From an uncultured Methanosarcinales archaeon (GTDB taxonomy: Archaea; Nanobdellota; Nanobdellia; Woesearchaeales; DSVV01): 34,335 nucleotides of DNA. The stretch is from contig CAZQHZ010000014.1 of assembly GCA_964593285.1 (NCBI GenBank), forward strand, positions 1 through 34,335. The letters are read 5' to 3'. A program made the translations under genes and the position numbers. This document shows positions 10,199 through 20,413 of this stretch, piece after piece. Each line of letters starts with the position of its first letter. The first letter of the stretch is position 1. Below the pieces are notes generated by a model. The model made no database searches, had not been told where the DNA came from, and saw nothing but the letters and a program-made list of their open reading frames with translations.

Positions 10199-12499
10199 TT
10201 ATTCTTTTATTCTATTTTTCTTTAATGTTTTATTTAACCAAATTTCCCATTCTTCTTTGATTAATTTTGGATCCATAATTCCTGTTTCATTTTTTACTTT
10301 TTCAGAAATTAAATGAAACATATCATTACATTTAATTACAAATGGTGCTTCAAGTAAATCATCATTTCCAAGTTTTATAGAAACATCAACCAATTTTTGT
10401 TTTAATTCTCCTCGTAGCATAATATTGTTCCAAACACTATCCCAATCACCTGCAAATTCTTTAACGTTTGCTGCAATACTTTTTAAAATATCCGAGTCAC
10501 CATTCATTATTTCTGAAGTTACAACTAATTCATCTTTTTTAGAATCATATTTCATTAAATCTACAAAACCATTTTCAAGCAAAGGATCAGTTTCCCAGTG
10601 TTTTCTAATTTCAGTAATTTGTGTAATCCTCCTATTTCTATGCATTCCATCTGCACTTTTAACTGGATTTGCAACAATTACTAAATCTGTTGCTTTAAAT
10701 GAGGTTTTTGGAACACCAATATCATTTACAACCCTATCATAAACACCATAAGGACTATCACCATGAATAGTACCTGCAACAACATTAGCAGCAGCACCAA
10801 CCCTCATAGCTTCATATAATGCAACGGCTTCTTTGCTTCTAACTTCTCCAACAATTAATGCAGAATCTCCCATCCTAAGTGTACTTCTAATACCATCAGA
10901 TGCATCCATTTCAGAAGATTTTCTTGCAAGTGCAGATGCAACCTTCATTGATTGTATATTAAATCCTAATTTTCTAAGTGGTGGAACAGGTAATTCTAAA
11001 GTATCTTCAACAGTCATTATTCTATATCTTCTCATTATTTCAACAATTAAACTAGATAACATACTACTTTTACCAGCACCTCTTGTACCTGCAACAAGCA
11101 TCGTCCTTGTACCATCAATTAAAAAACTTAATAATCCTGCCGCAGTTGCATTAATCATTTTATATTTTATAAATAAAGGAAGAGTCCATGGTTTATCTCT
11201 ATGTCGTCTAAAAGAATAAGCAAGACCTGTTGGATTTAATGGTTTTGTAATTACTGAAACTCTAGTATTTGCACCTGGTAATTCAAGTTCTGTATCTAAT
11301 ATTGGATCTGCTTCATCTAAAGGTCTACCTGAAATCATCCTTAATTTTGATGCCCAAGATTCAGCTTCCTTTCGTGATGGTACAATATTTGTAACACAAT
11401 CATTATATTTATTATGAACCAAAAATATAGGTACTTGACCCATCGGACTGTTAATTGATATATCTTGTATAAATTCATCTTGTAATAAAATTTCAATTAA
11501 CCCAAATCCAACAGTATATCTTACAAGTATTTGTGATAATTTTTTTGTTTCAGCTGAACTTAAGGTAATATTTTTGTTAGATGCAAGTTCAGATATTAAA
11601 TCATAACCAATATTAAAAAATACTTCCCTCATTCTTTCAGGATTTGTAAATTCCTCTTCACGGGGTTTGTGTTCAGCTAAAATTTTTCGTGCAACATCTA
11701 ATAATTCATATTTTTCCTCGTCTAATTTAAATTCAGGTGGAACTACATGATATAAATATTGAACAGAATCTGGAAATTTAAAAATTGTAACTTCACTTGA
11801 ATCTTCAAGAGAATAACTATCCAATTCTTCTCCATTTGAAGGATAATTTGCCATTAATTTTGTAAACATAAAATCAGGTTTTATTATTGGATGAAAAATT
11901 TCACGGTAAACTGATCTATCACCTACCCTATAACCTGCAAGATAACTTTTTGCAAGCTTAATTAACTTAGTATTTTCAAGAGATTTTAAAATAAAATTTA
12001 AAATTGAGATATATTTATGAATACACTTTGGACAATTATCATTTGATGCTTTATCCATTTTTATTCGCTCTCTTCGCATTATTCTTCGTGTTAAAACAAA
12101 AGCACCAATTGGATCTGATTTAAATAATCTAAAAATTTCATTTTGTATTTCATTATATCGTTTATCCAAACAATTTTTGCAAATTTCTTGATTTCCTAAA
12201 GAAAAATAACCAAAAACATTTTTTTGTCGTGATAAACTTTTATAAGCATTAGCAATTTCCATTAAAATTGAAGTTTGAGAATTATCATATTCAACATCTC
12301 TTTTTTGAGAACAAATAATTTTTGTTGATGATGGATTTTCAATTAACATGTCTATTATATTTGCCATACAAATTGAATTATCTTCAATAGAAGGAGAATA
12401 TGGACAATTTGTACAATTAACAAAAATAGTAGTTTCGTCGCCATCTCTTATTACATCGTGTTCACAAACTTTTTTAACATTATTTTTTGAAGTTGTCAT
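10199..12499 (-). CDS. type II/IV secretion or pilus assembly ATPase (ArlI/TadA/VirB11 family) with Cys-rich N-terminus
   Basis: Walker A GTRGAGKSS, Asp box TVEDTLEL, Walker B LIVGEVR, His box GTIHG. Confidence 0.93.
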   Translation of the reverse strand: MTTSKNNVKKVCEHDVIRDGDETTIFVNCTNCPYSPSIEDNSICMANIIDMLIENPSSTKIICSQKRDVEYDNSQTSILMEIANAYKSLSRQKNVFGYFSLGNQEICKNCLDKRYNEIQNEIFRLFKSDPIGAFVLTRRIMRRERIKMDKASNDNCPKCIHKYISILNFILKSLENTKLIKLAKSYLAGYRVGDRSVYREIFHPIIKPDFMFTKLMANYPSNGEELDSYSLEDSSEVTIFKFPDSVQYLYHVVPPEFKLDEEKYELLDVARKILAEHKPREEEFTNPERMREVFFNIGYDLISELASNKNITLSSAETKKLSQILVRYTVGFGLIEILLQDEFIQDISINSPMGQVPIFLVHNKYNDCVTNIVPSRKEAESWASKLRMISGRPLDEADPILDTELELPGANTRVSVITKPLNPTGLAYSFRRHRDKPWTLPLFIKYKMINATAAGLLSFLIDGTRTMLVAGTRGAGKSSMLSSLIVEIMRRYRIMTVEDTLELPVPPLRKLGFNIQSMKVASALARKSSEMDASDGIRSTLRMGDSALIVGEVRSKEAVALYEAMRVGAAANVVAGTIHGDSPYGVYDRVVNDIGVPKTSFKATDLVIVANPVKSADGMHRNRRITQITEIRKHWETDPLLENGFVDLMKYDSKKDELVVTSEIMNGDSDILKSIAANVKEFAGDWDSVWNNIMLRGELKQKLVDVSIKLGNDDLLEAPFVIKCNDMFHLISEKVKNETGIMDPKLIKEEWEIWLNKTLKKNRIKE

Positions 12500-12689
12500 T
12501 AAAATCCCTTTTTAAAAATAAAAATTTAAATTAAGCAAAAATCTAAATATTACTTATTATTTATTTAATTAATATATTAAATATAAAAATAAATACCACC
12601 ACTTAAATATAACAACATAACATTATTATATATTTAAGTAATATTTTATAATGTTTATGAAAATTTATAAAAATTAACAAAATAATAAA

Positions 12690-13091
12690 ATGGAACAAAA
12701 CAATCAAATGAATACAGATGAAACTTTAAATATGGTTAAAGATTCTATGAGAAGATTAAGGTTACTCGAAGAAAAATATAATAATTTAAGAAAAACAATT
12801 GTTGTTAATGAACAAAATATGCTAAGTCAAAATAAAAAAATAAACCATGATGTTAAATCATTTGAAAATGACATTTTAGAATTAAAAAAACATATACGAA
12901 GTATGAGTGAAGAAATTAAATTAATAATAAAAGAAGTACAAAATACTGTTAAAAAAAATGAAGTTAAAGTACTTGAAAAATATATTAGTTTTTGGGATCC
13001 TTTAAGTTATGTTACAAAAAGTGAAGTTAATAGTTTAATAAAAAAACACATAGAATATGAATTTAAAAAAAAAGATGCTGAAGAAAAATAA
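12690..13091 (+). CDS. hypothetical coiled-coil protein
   Basis: Heptad-rich 133-aa ORF divergent from the ATPase; RRLRLLEE and LEKYISFWDPL segments. Confidence 0.75.
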   Translation: MEQNNQMNTDETLNMVKDSMRRLRLLEEKYNNLRKTIVVNEQNMLSQNKKINHDVKSFENDILELKKHIRSMSEEIKLIIKEVQNTVKKNEVKVLEKYISFWDPLSYVTKSEVNSLIKKHIEYEFKKKDAEEK

Positions 13092-13155
13092 TTTTAAAAA
13101 TTAAAAAACGAAACCTTTAAAAAACAATTAAATAATATAAATAAAAAGAGAAAAA

Positions 13156-13869
13156 ATGAGTATTTTTGGAAAAAAAGAAGAAAATAATGAACAAAAAAAT
13201 GAATCTGATTTAAATATACCACCAATTGATAAAATATTAACAATGCGACAGCAAGGTTTAACAAATAATCAGATTATACAATCACTTCAAAAAAATGGAT
13301 ATGATTCTAACGTAATTCTTGAAGCTATGAATCAATCAGATATAAAACAAGGAATTGAAGAGCAAGCACCACAAAATTATGAAAATCCAGAAAATATTTC
13401 AAATCAAATGCAATTTCAACAACAAGATGATAATATGGAACAACAAAATAATTTAAATCAACAAATGTCAAATATTGCACAAAATATTGATACACCACAA
13501 AATCTTCCAGATTTTAATGTAAATAGCGTTGAAAAAATAAGTATTGAAAGAATTGAAGAAATTGCTGAAGCTATAATTGATGAAAAATGGAATGAAATTG
13601 TTAGAAGTATTAACAAAATTATTGATTGGAAAGAGAGAACTGAAGAAAAAATTAATAGAATAGATCAAAAATTTATTGAATTAAGAAAAGATTTTGAAGG
13701 CTTAAACCATGGAGTCTTAGGAAAAATAGATGATTATGATAAAAATATAGGAGATTTAGGAGTTGAAATAAAAGCGATGGAAAAAGTTTTTCAAAAAATA
13801 ATTCCTTCTTTAACAGAAAATGTTCATTCTTTAGAAAAAATTACAAATAAAATGAAAAAACAAGAATAA
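13156..13869 (+). CDS. hypothetical protein: small N-terminal helical domain, Q/N linker, C-terminal coiled coil
   Basis: 237-aa ORF; IEEIAEAIIDEKW followed by heptads; upstream CGAAACCTTTAAA promoter-like motif. Confidence 0.75.
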   Translation: MSIFGKKEENNEQKNESDLNIPPIDKILTMRQQGLTNNQIIQSLQKNGYDSNVILEAMNQSDIKQGIEEQAPQNYENPENISNQMQFQQQDDNMEQQNNLNQQMSNIAQNIDTPQNLPDFNVNSVEKISIERIEEIAEAIIDEKWNEIVRSINKIIDWKERTEEKINRIDQKFIELRKDFEGLNHGVLGKIDDYDKNIGDLGVEIKAMEKVFQKIIPSLTENVHSLEKITNKMKKQE

Positions 13870-13872
13870 TTC

Positions 13873-14466
13873 TTATTTTAATGGCGGACTACTAAGCATT
13901 TTTGTACCAATAGCTGCAATTAATAATAAAAAAAGCATTCCTAATACTTGTGGGTTATAAAATGTTGCCCCAACGTTTGTTGAAAAATCTGTTGTTCCAC
14001 TATCAGTTGAACCAGAATCTCCAGGTTTTACATATGTTGATGTTTCATTTTGCTCAACACCTGAATATTTTTCAAGTGACTCTTGACCAAAAACATGGCT
14101 TAAACCACCAAGTAAAATAACCAAGCATACAATTAAAATACTCCAGTAAACTCCAGGTTCTTTTATGATTGTATGTAAATTTGAATCAGTTACACCAAAC
14201 ATCTTTATAACCATTATAATAAAAACTGCAAAAATCATTAAAAAAACAAACCATGGTATTATGTAAATAATTATTTCTCTAACTGTAGTAGAAAAAACAG
14301 TAGCCATAAATGCAATAACTAATGCCATCATTGCATGTAATGACTTTACATCTCCAAATAATTTAGACCATTGTAAAAATGCAAAGAACATTGCAAATAC
14401 AAATAAGAATACAAATACAGGTGAAAAATGTTGCAATAATTCAATGTTCATTGTTGGAGTTGCCAT
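13873..14466 (-). CDS. multi-pass membrane protein (paralog 3 of 3)
   Basis: About 5 hydrophobic segments; PVFVFLFVFAMFFAFLQWSKLFG resembles the N-termini of its two neighbours. Confidence 0.8.
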   Translation of the reverse strand: MATPTMNIELLQHFSPVFVFLFVFAMFFAFLQWSKLFGDVKSLHAMMALVIAFMATVFSTTVREIIIYIIPWFVFLMIFAVFIIMVIKMFGVTDSNLHTIIKEPGVYWSILIVCLVILLGGLSHVFGQESLEKYSGVEQNETSTYVKPGDSGSTDSGTTDFSTNVGATFYNPQVLGMLFLLLIAAIGTKMLSSPPLK

Positions 14467-14480
14467 TTTTATTAATTTTA

Positions 14481-15029
14481 TTATTGATTACCTTTTGGTG
14501 GATTTCTAGTTTCATCATCATCATCATCACCATTTGCTTCAACTATATAATAAAACACTAAACCAAATACTATTAAAATTAAAACAACAGCCATGGTTTG
14601 ATTATTTAAGTAAGCACCAAAAATATTAGTCCACCAATTTGCAGCTGCTCCAAAAATATAAACAACAACAGCTAAAGATACCCAAACCGGCCATTTATTA
14701 CCAAATGTTGAGTTTTTACTATCAGATGTAATATTTAATAGTACTAATGCTAATACAACTGCAATTAATACTGCAATAAAATTTGGAAGTGCTGTATTTA
14801 TTATTACAACAATGTCTTTGCCTGCAGGATATTTACCCATAATATGTGGAATTACAACAAGCATACCTGCAACTCCTGCAAAAACCGCATTTATTTTTTT
14901 ATTTTCTAAAACTTGTGTTTTTTCTAAAACTGCAAACATTATTGCAAAAACTAATATAAATGGTAAAAATGCATCAACCATGCCCATTGATTCAAGCCAT
15001 CTGAAAAATTCAACAAAATTTAAATTCAT
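14481..15029 (-). CDS. multi-pass membrane protein (paralog 2 of 3)
   Basis: G.VDAFLPFILVFAIMFAVLEKT, INA, IINTALPN shared with 15068-15637. Confidence 0.82.
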   Translation of the reverse strand: MNLNFVEFFRWLESMGMVDAFLPFILVFAIMFAVLEKTQVLENKKINAVFAGVAGMLVVIPHIMGKYPAGKDIVVIINTALPNFIAVLIAVVLALVLLNITSDSKNSTFGNKWPVWVSLAVVVYIFGAAANWWTNIFGAYLNNQTMAVVLILIVFGLVFYYIVEANGDDDDDETRNPPKGNQ

Positions 15030-15067
15030 TTTAAACCTCCAAAATTATAAATTTATTTTATAAATAT

Positions 15068-15637
15068 TTATTTTCCACTACTATCTTTACTTTTGACTGG
15101 ATTTGTAATCCAAAACATCATTAAAATAATAAAACCAACTAAAACAATTGCACTAACTGCAGTTGAATCATAATTTGTAACTAAATAATCCCATGCAAAT
15201 TCAAGCCATGGCTCACCTTTATATGGGATTGCATGTGCAAAAACTAAAAAAACACCAATACCCATTATTGCAATCATTAAATTTTTCCATGTATTATTTA
15301 ATTTAAGTTCTTCTTGATTTCCATAAAAAAAATATGCAAGCATTAAAAAGCTAACTGATATTACAAGTAAAAGTACTATATTTGGTAATGCAGTATTTAT
15401 AATTGCAACCATCCTTGCAGATGCAACAACTAAAAAACCAACAACAAATGCAACCATTGCATTAATATTTTTTTTTGAAACTTCTTTTCCATCAACTAAA
15501 TCAAAACCAAAAACTTTTGTTTTTTCTAAAATTGCAAAAAAGATAGTGAATGTTAATAAAAATGGTAATACTACATCATAAATTCCTAATTTATGAAAAA
15601 ATTCAATTACACCTCTAAATACAGAATGCTCTTCCAT
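15068..15637 (-). CDS. multi-pass membrane protein (paralog 1 of 3)
   Basis: GIYDVVLPFLLTFTIFFAILEKTKVFG, INAMVA, IINTALPN. Confidence 0.82.
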   Translation of the reverse strand: MEEHSVFRGVIEFFHKLGIYDVVLPFLLTFTIFFAILEKTKVFGFDLVDGKEVSKKNINAMVAFVVGFLVVASARMVAIINTALPNIVLLLVISVSFLMLAYFFYGNQEELKLNNTWKNLMIAIMGIGVFLVFAHAIPYKGEPWLEFAWDYLVTNYDSTAVSAIVLVGFIILMMFWITNPVKSKDSSGK

Positions 15638-15660
15638 AATTAAATCTTTTTATAAAATAA

Positions 15661-15676
15661 GTATATAAAGTTTTCG
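15661..15676 (-). promoter_or_regulatory. BRE/TATA promoter for the membrane-protein triplet
   Basis: Reverse complement CGAAAACTTTATATAC, about 25 nt upstream of the ATG at 15637 (leaderless geometry). Confidence 0.6.
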
Positions 15677-15808
15677 ATTAAATATTAAAAAAATACTAAA
15701 AATAGTAATAATTAATATATAAAATAATTTATTTAAAAACAAAAAGATTTATAATAATTAAAAATTTGAAATTTTTTATATTTAAAAAATAAAAGGTGGT
15801 GATCTGAT

Positions 15809-17143
15809 TTGATTAATGAAAAAATATTCAAAGCATATGATATTAGAGGAATTTATCCAACACAATTAAACGAAGAAACTGCATTTTTAATCGGAAAAGC
15901 AATTGTTGAATACTTAAAATGTAAAACTATTGTTATTGGAATGGATATGAGAGATTCATCAATTAGTTTAAAAAAATCTTTAATTAATGGAATTACTTTT
16001 ATGGGATGCAATGTAATTGATATTGATTTATGCACAACACCTATGAATTATTTTGCAAATGGTTTTTTTAATGCAGATGCATCTGTTGTAATTACAGCAT
16101 CACATAATCCAAAAGAATATAATGGATTTAAAATTTGTAAAAATAATGCAATCCCACTAACAGGTGATGTTGATTTAGTAAAAATAAAAGAATTATGTAT
16201 TAAAAATGAATTTGTTAAATCAAAAGAAGAAGGAATTGTTAAAAAAGAAAATATAATAAATGAATATTGTAATTTTATTTCAAATTATTATCACAATAAA
16301 GAAAATAAGAAAATAAAAATTGTAATTGATAGTGCTAATGGAATGGGTGCTTATGAATTAAAAGCTTTAAAATTAGAAAATATTGAAATTATTTCTATGT
16401 ATGAAGAATTAGATGGTAATTTTCCAAATCATGAAGCAAATCCACTAAAATATGAAACATTAAAAGATTTACAAAAAAAAGTAATAAAAGAAAATGCAGA
16501 TTTTGGTATTGCTTTTGATGGAGATGCTGATAGATGTGGTTTTATTGATGAAAATGGAGAAATTATTAGAAACGATTTTATAACTGCATTAATTGCAAAA
16601 GATATTTTATTAGAAAAAAGTAATCAAAAAATATTTTATGATTTACGAAGCTCTAAAATTGTAAAAGAAATAATTGAAAATAATAATGGAATACCATTAA
16701 TGTCTAGAGTTGGACATTCTTTTATTAAAAAACAAATGAGAGAAGAAAATGCAGTTTTTGCAGGAGAATTATCAGGTCATTTTTATTTTAAAGAAAATTA
16801 TAATACTGAATCTAGTGCACTTGCCGTAATTAGAATAATTAATATTTTATTAAAATCTAATAAAAAATTATCGCAATTAATTTTAGAAATGCAAAAATTT
16901 TTTCAAAGTGGTGAAATTAATAAAAAAGTTTCAGATTCAAAAATAATAATTGAAAAAATTAAAGAAAAATATAATGATGCAAAAATATTTTTTCTTGATG
17001 GTATAAGTGTTGAGTATGATAATTGGTGGTTTAACATTAGGTCATCAAATACAGAGCCTTTACTTAGATTAAATTTAGAAGCAAATACAAAAGATTTAAT
17101 GAAAGAAAAAACAAAAGAAGTCCTTAACTTATATGAAATATAA
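15809..17143 (+). CDS. phosphomannomutase/phosphoglucomutase (alpha-D-phosphohexomutase)
   Basis: FKAYDIRG, catalytic TASHNP, metal loop FDGDADR, sugar loop GELSGH, RSSNTEP; TTG start with GGTGGTGA SD. Confidence 0.96.
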   Translation: MINEKIFKAYDIRGIYPTQLNEETAFLIGKAIVEYLKCKTIVIGMDMRDSSISLKKSLINGITFMGCNVIDIDLCTTPMNYFANGFFNADASVVITASHNPKEYNGFKICKNNAIPLTGDVDLVKIKELCIKNEFVKSKEEGIVKKENIINEYCNFISNYYHNKENKKIKIVIDSANGMGAYELKALKLENIEIISMYEELDGNFPNHEANPLKYETLKDLQKKVIKENADFGIAFDGDADRCGFIDENGEIIRNDFITALIAKDILLEKSNQKIFYDLRSSKIVKEIIENNNGIPLMSRVGHSFIKKQMREENAVFAGELSGHFYFKENYNTESSALAVIRIINILLKSNKKLSQLILEMQKFFQSGEINKKVSDSKIIIEKIKEKYNDAKIFFLDGISVEYDNWWFNIRSSNTEPLLRLNLEANTKDLMKEKTKEVLNLYEI

Positions 17144-18800
17144 AATGCAAAAAAAGAAAAAAAAGCAAGTTTCTTTTAAAGATAAATTAAAAGAAATACT
17201 AAATGATGAAGAATTAAAAAAAATAAAGACTGCGTTTGATTTAATTGGCGATATTGCTATTTTAGAAATAGATGAGGAACTTCGCAGTAAAGAAAAAAAA
17301 ATTGCACAAATTCTTTTAGATTGTCATAAAAACATAAATACAGTTGTTAGAAAAGATAGTGAACATAAAGGAAAATACAGAAAACAAAATATGAAATACT
17401 TAGCTGGTGAAAATAAAAAAGAAACACTTCATAAAGAAAACAATACATTGCTTTATGTTAATATAGAAGATGTTTATTATTCTCCGCGACTTTCAAATGA
17501 AAGAAAAAGAATAGTAAATCAAGTTAAAAAAGATGAAAATGTTTTAGTTATGTTTTCAGGCCTTGGACCATATACTACACAAATTGCAAAAAACACAAAT
17601 GCTTTACGAATTGTTGGAATTGAAATAAATCCAAAAGGTCATAAATTATCTTTATTAAACAACAAAAAAAATAAATTAAAAAATGTTGAATTATTTAATG
17701 GTGATGTAAAAAAAATATTACCAAATTTAATTAATGAACCAATAATTGGATTAAAAGCACATTATGAAAAAAAACATTTAGATGCAAAATTAAAAAATAA
17801 TAAAGTTAAATTAATGGAAATTTTTCTAAAAGAAGGAGATTTAGAAAATAATTATAATATATTTTATAAAAATGTCAAAGAATTAAAAAAAAAAGTTGAT
17901 AAAATAATTATTCATTCACCTTATTTTTATAAAGGAAATGAAGTATCGCCTAGTACAAATATTTTAGAAATTAAAAAAACAACAAAGGAATGTTTTAATA
18001 TACTTGAAAATACTTGTAAAGAATTAAAACTTGAAGGATTTATTGCACATCCATATACAACCCCAATAAATAAAAAATATAGAAAATTTGATGGTAAAAT
18101 ATACAAATATAGAAAAATTAATTTTGAAGAATTTTTTGAAAAAAATAAATACAAATATTTAATGATTGAAAATTTAATTTTACATTTTTTTGCAAAAGCA
18201 AATACAATAATTAGCTTAGTAAAAAAATTAAATTTAAAATTTTGTCTTGATTTAGCACATTTATATGGTTCATGTAAAAATGAAGAAGAGTTTTATAAAA
18301 ATTTTCATAGATTATCTAAATTAACTAATTATTACCATATTGCTGATGCAAAACATTTAAATTTAAATCGTGAATTAATAAAAAAAGAACACTCATTTGA
18401 AGTAGGAAAAGGTAATCTTGATTTTACTAAAATTTTACCTTTTATCAATATAGGAATATGTGAAGTAAAAAATGAAGATGAATTAAATCCAAAGGAAATG
18501 ATTAACTCATGGAAAAAATTAAACAAATTAAAACAAAAATTAAGTAAATTTGACAGAATTTTAATGCCACTTCCAAAATCAGCAGAAAATTTTTTAGATT
18601 TAGCATTAGATGCTTCAAAAAAAAACACAATAATTCATTTTTATGACTTTTTACATGAAGATGAATTTTATTTAGCAGAAGACAAAATAAAAAAAGCTTG
18701 CAAAAATAAAAACATTAAATATAAGATATTAGATTTAGTAAAATGTGGACAGCATTCACCTAGAACATATAGAATTTGTGTTGATTTTAAAATTTTATAA
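17133..18800 (+). CDS. trm5: tRNA (guanine37-N1)-methyltransferase Trm5/Taw22-like with an inserted AP-endonuclease-2/xylose-isomerase-like TIM-barrel domain
   Basis: AFDLIGDIAIL, YYSPRLSNERKRI, VLVMFSGLGPY, EINP, GDV then a ~270-aa insert, then FDRILMPLP, IIHFYDF, RICVDF. Confidence 0.85.
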   Translation: MKYKMQKKKKKQVSFKDKLKEILNDEELKKIKTAFDLIGDIAILEIDEELRSKEKKIAQILLDCHKNINTVVRKDSEHKGKYRKQNMKYLAGENKKETLHKENNTLLYVNIEDVYYSPRLSNERKRIVNQVKKDENVLVMFSGLGPYTTQIAKNTNALRIVGIEINPKGHKLSLLNNKKNKLKNVELFNGDVKKILPNLINEPIIGLKAHYEKKHLDAKLKNNKVKLMEIFLKEGDLENNYNIFYKNVKELKKKVDKIIIHSPYFYKGNEVSPSTNILEIKKTTKECFNILENTCKELKLEGFIAHPYTTPINKKYRKFDGKIYKYRKINFEEFFEKNKYKYLMIENLILHFFAKANTIISLVKKLNLKFCLDLAHLYGSCKNEEEFYKNFHRLSKLTNYYHIADAKHLNLNRELIKKEHSFEVGKGNLDFTKILPFINIGICEVKNEDELNPKEMINSWKKLNKLKQKLSKFDRILMPLPKSAENFLDLALDASKKNTIIHFYDFLHEDEFYLAEDKIKKACKNKNIKYKILDLVKCGQHSPRTYRICVDFKIL

Positions 18801-18873
18801 AAATAATAAAAACATTTAAAATTAAATCAATTAATCTAACTAATAAAGTTATTTTAATTAATAATTTTGAGAA

Positions 18874-18952
18874 ATGCAATAGCACAATGACCCTAGTGAA
18901 CACCAACTGAGCTAAAGCTGTGATGAACGGAAGTAACTTGGCAGTGCTGCAT
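18874..18952 (+). ncRNA. candidate box C/D-like (K-turn) small RNA
   Basis: GC-richer island between convergent genes; terminal stem ATGC..AGCAC/GTGCT-GCAT; internal CTGA-GC-TAAA-GC-T-GTGATGA (D'/C' K-turn); terminal boxes degenerate. Confidence 0.5.
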
Positions 18953-19059
18953 AGATTCTTTATATATTAATAAATAAATTTATAAAAAAATTATCTTCTC
19001 AATACATTATTTTTCTATTTTTAGAATATAAATTAAAAATAAAATTGTAAAATAAAAAA

Positions 19060-20229
19060 TTAACCAAACATATTTATGAAAGAATTATCGTTTTCATCTA
19101 TTGTCTTAATTTTAGTAATAGCTTTTATGAAATCTTCTTGTATTATTTTTTCTCGTTTTTCTCTAATTGCAAAATAACCAGCTTCAGTTGCAACTGCAAA
19201 AATTTCAGCACCAGATAGACCCTCTAGTTTATCACAAATTAAATCAATATCAACTTTTTTATCAAAATTCATATTTTTTGTATGTATTTTAAAAATTTCT
19301 TTAATTCCATCTTTTTTTGGTAATGGAACTTCTATTAATCTATCAAATCTACCTGGCCTTAATATTGCTGGATCTAGTGTATCAATACGATTAGTACAAC
19401 CAATTATTTTTACATTTCCAAGTGGTTTAAAACCATCAATTTCTGCAAGTAATTGCATAAATGTTCTTTGAACTTCTCGCTCGCCAGATGTTCCAAGTTC
19501 GATACGCTTTGATGCAATAGCATCAATTTCATCAATAAAAATAACAGAAGGTGATTTTTCTCTAGCTAACTGAAATACTTCTTTAACTAATTTTGATCCT
19601 TCACCTATAAATTTTTGAACTAATTCTGAACCTACTATTTCAATAAAAGTTGAATTTGTAGATGCTGCAACTGCTTTTGCAAGTAAAGTTTTACCAGTTC
19701 CAGGCGGACCATTTAATAAAACTCCTTTTGGAGGAGTAATTCCAACTTTTTTGAACAATTTTGGATTTGTTAATGGAAGCTCAACAACTTCTTTTATTTC
19801 TTCAATTTTATCTTTAAGACCACCAATAGAATTCCAATTAATTTTTGGTTTTTCAACAATTACAAAACTTTCAACATTAAATTGTTTACTTACATCAACT
19901 TTTTCAACAATTGTTAAATTTTTTTGTTCACACAAAACTGTATTTCCAGCACCAATATCTGTACAATCAGAAGAAATACCTACAAAAAATTTATTACCAT
20001 TTGGTGTTTTAATAATTGCTTTGTCTTTAATAACTTCACAAATATCACAAACCATTAATGCAGGTTGCCGATATTTATTAATTTCAGTTTGTAAATGGTT
20101 TATAGTTTCTCTTAATATTTTATTTTCCCATTCTAATTTTGCTTCAAAAGCTTCTTTTTCAGAACCACTTGCTGAAGGATTATTTGAAGACATTCTATTT
20201 TCAAGAAGCCTATTAAACTCGCTATCCAT
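19060..20229 (-). CDS. pan: proteasome-activating nucleotidase (AAA+ ATPase)
   Basis: N-terminal coiled coil and OB region, GPPGTGKT, ELVQKFIGEG pore loop, IFIDEID, REVQRT, DPAILRPGRFDR; C-terminal MFG (HbYX-like). Confidence 0.95.
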   Translation of the reverse strand: MDSEFNRLLENRMSSNNPSASGSEKEAFEAKLEWENKILRETINHLQTEINKYRQPALMVCDICEVIKDKAIIKTPNGNKFFVGISSDCTDIGAGNTVLCEQKNLTIVEKVDVSKQFNVESFVIVEKPKINWNSIGGLKDKIEEIKEVVELPLTNPKLFKKVGITPPKGVLLNGPPGTGKTLLAKAVAASTNSTFIEIVGSELVQKFIGEGSKLVKEVFQLAREKSPSVIFIDEIDAIASKRIELGTSGEREVQRTFMQLLAEIDGFKPLGNVKIIGCTNRIDTLDPAILRPGRFDRLIEVPLPKKDGIKEIFKIHTKNMNFDKKVDIDLICDKLEGLSGAEIFAVATEAGYFAIREKREKIIQEDFIKAITKIKTIDENDNSFINMFG

Positions 20230-20370
20230 ATAAAACAGAAAGAAATAATGTTTTATAAATATTTCGTATAAATAAAAAAAATAAAATTTTTAATTATTTA
20301 TTTAATTTAAATTTAATTTTTTAAAATCGGAGTCATTTAAAATTAATAATACAATTAAGAAACTAAAAAA

Positions 20371-20400
20371 TAAATAAATAAATAAATAAATAAATAAATA
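20371..20400. repeat. (TAAA)n tetranucleotide microsatellite
   Basis: About 7.5 perfect TAAA units in the intergenic region. Confidence 0.9.
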
Positions 20401-20413
20401 TTAATATATTTTT

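Noticed and set aside
17735..18540. Trm5 insert as an intein or homing endonuclease
   Set aside because: No intein terminal motifs or LAGLIDADG/HNH signature; the motifs fit a metal-binding TIM barrel
18896..18922. Minus-strand GCTTTAGCTCAGTTGGT resembling a tRNA 5' end or split tRNA half
   Set aside because: No D-stem partner (GAGC), anticodon arm or T arm; better explained as the complement of the K-turn on the plus strand
20371..20400. TAAA repeats as CRISPR or iterons
   Set aside because: Simple microsatellite with no spacers and no cas or rep genes
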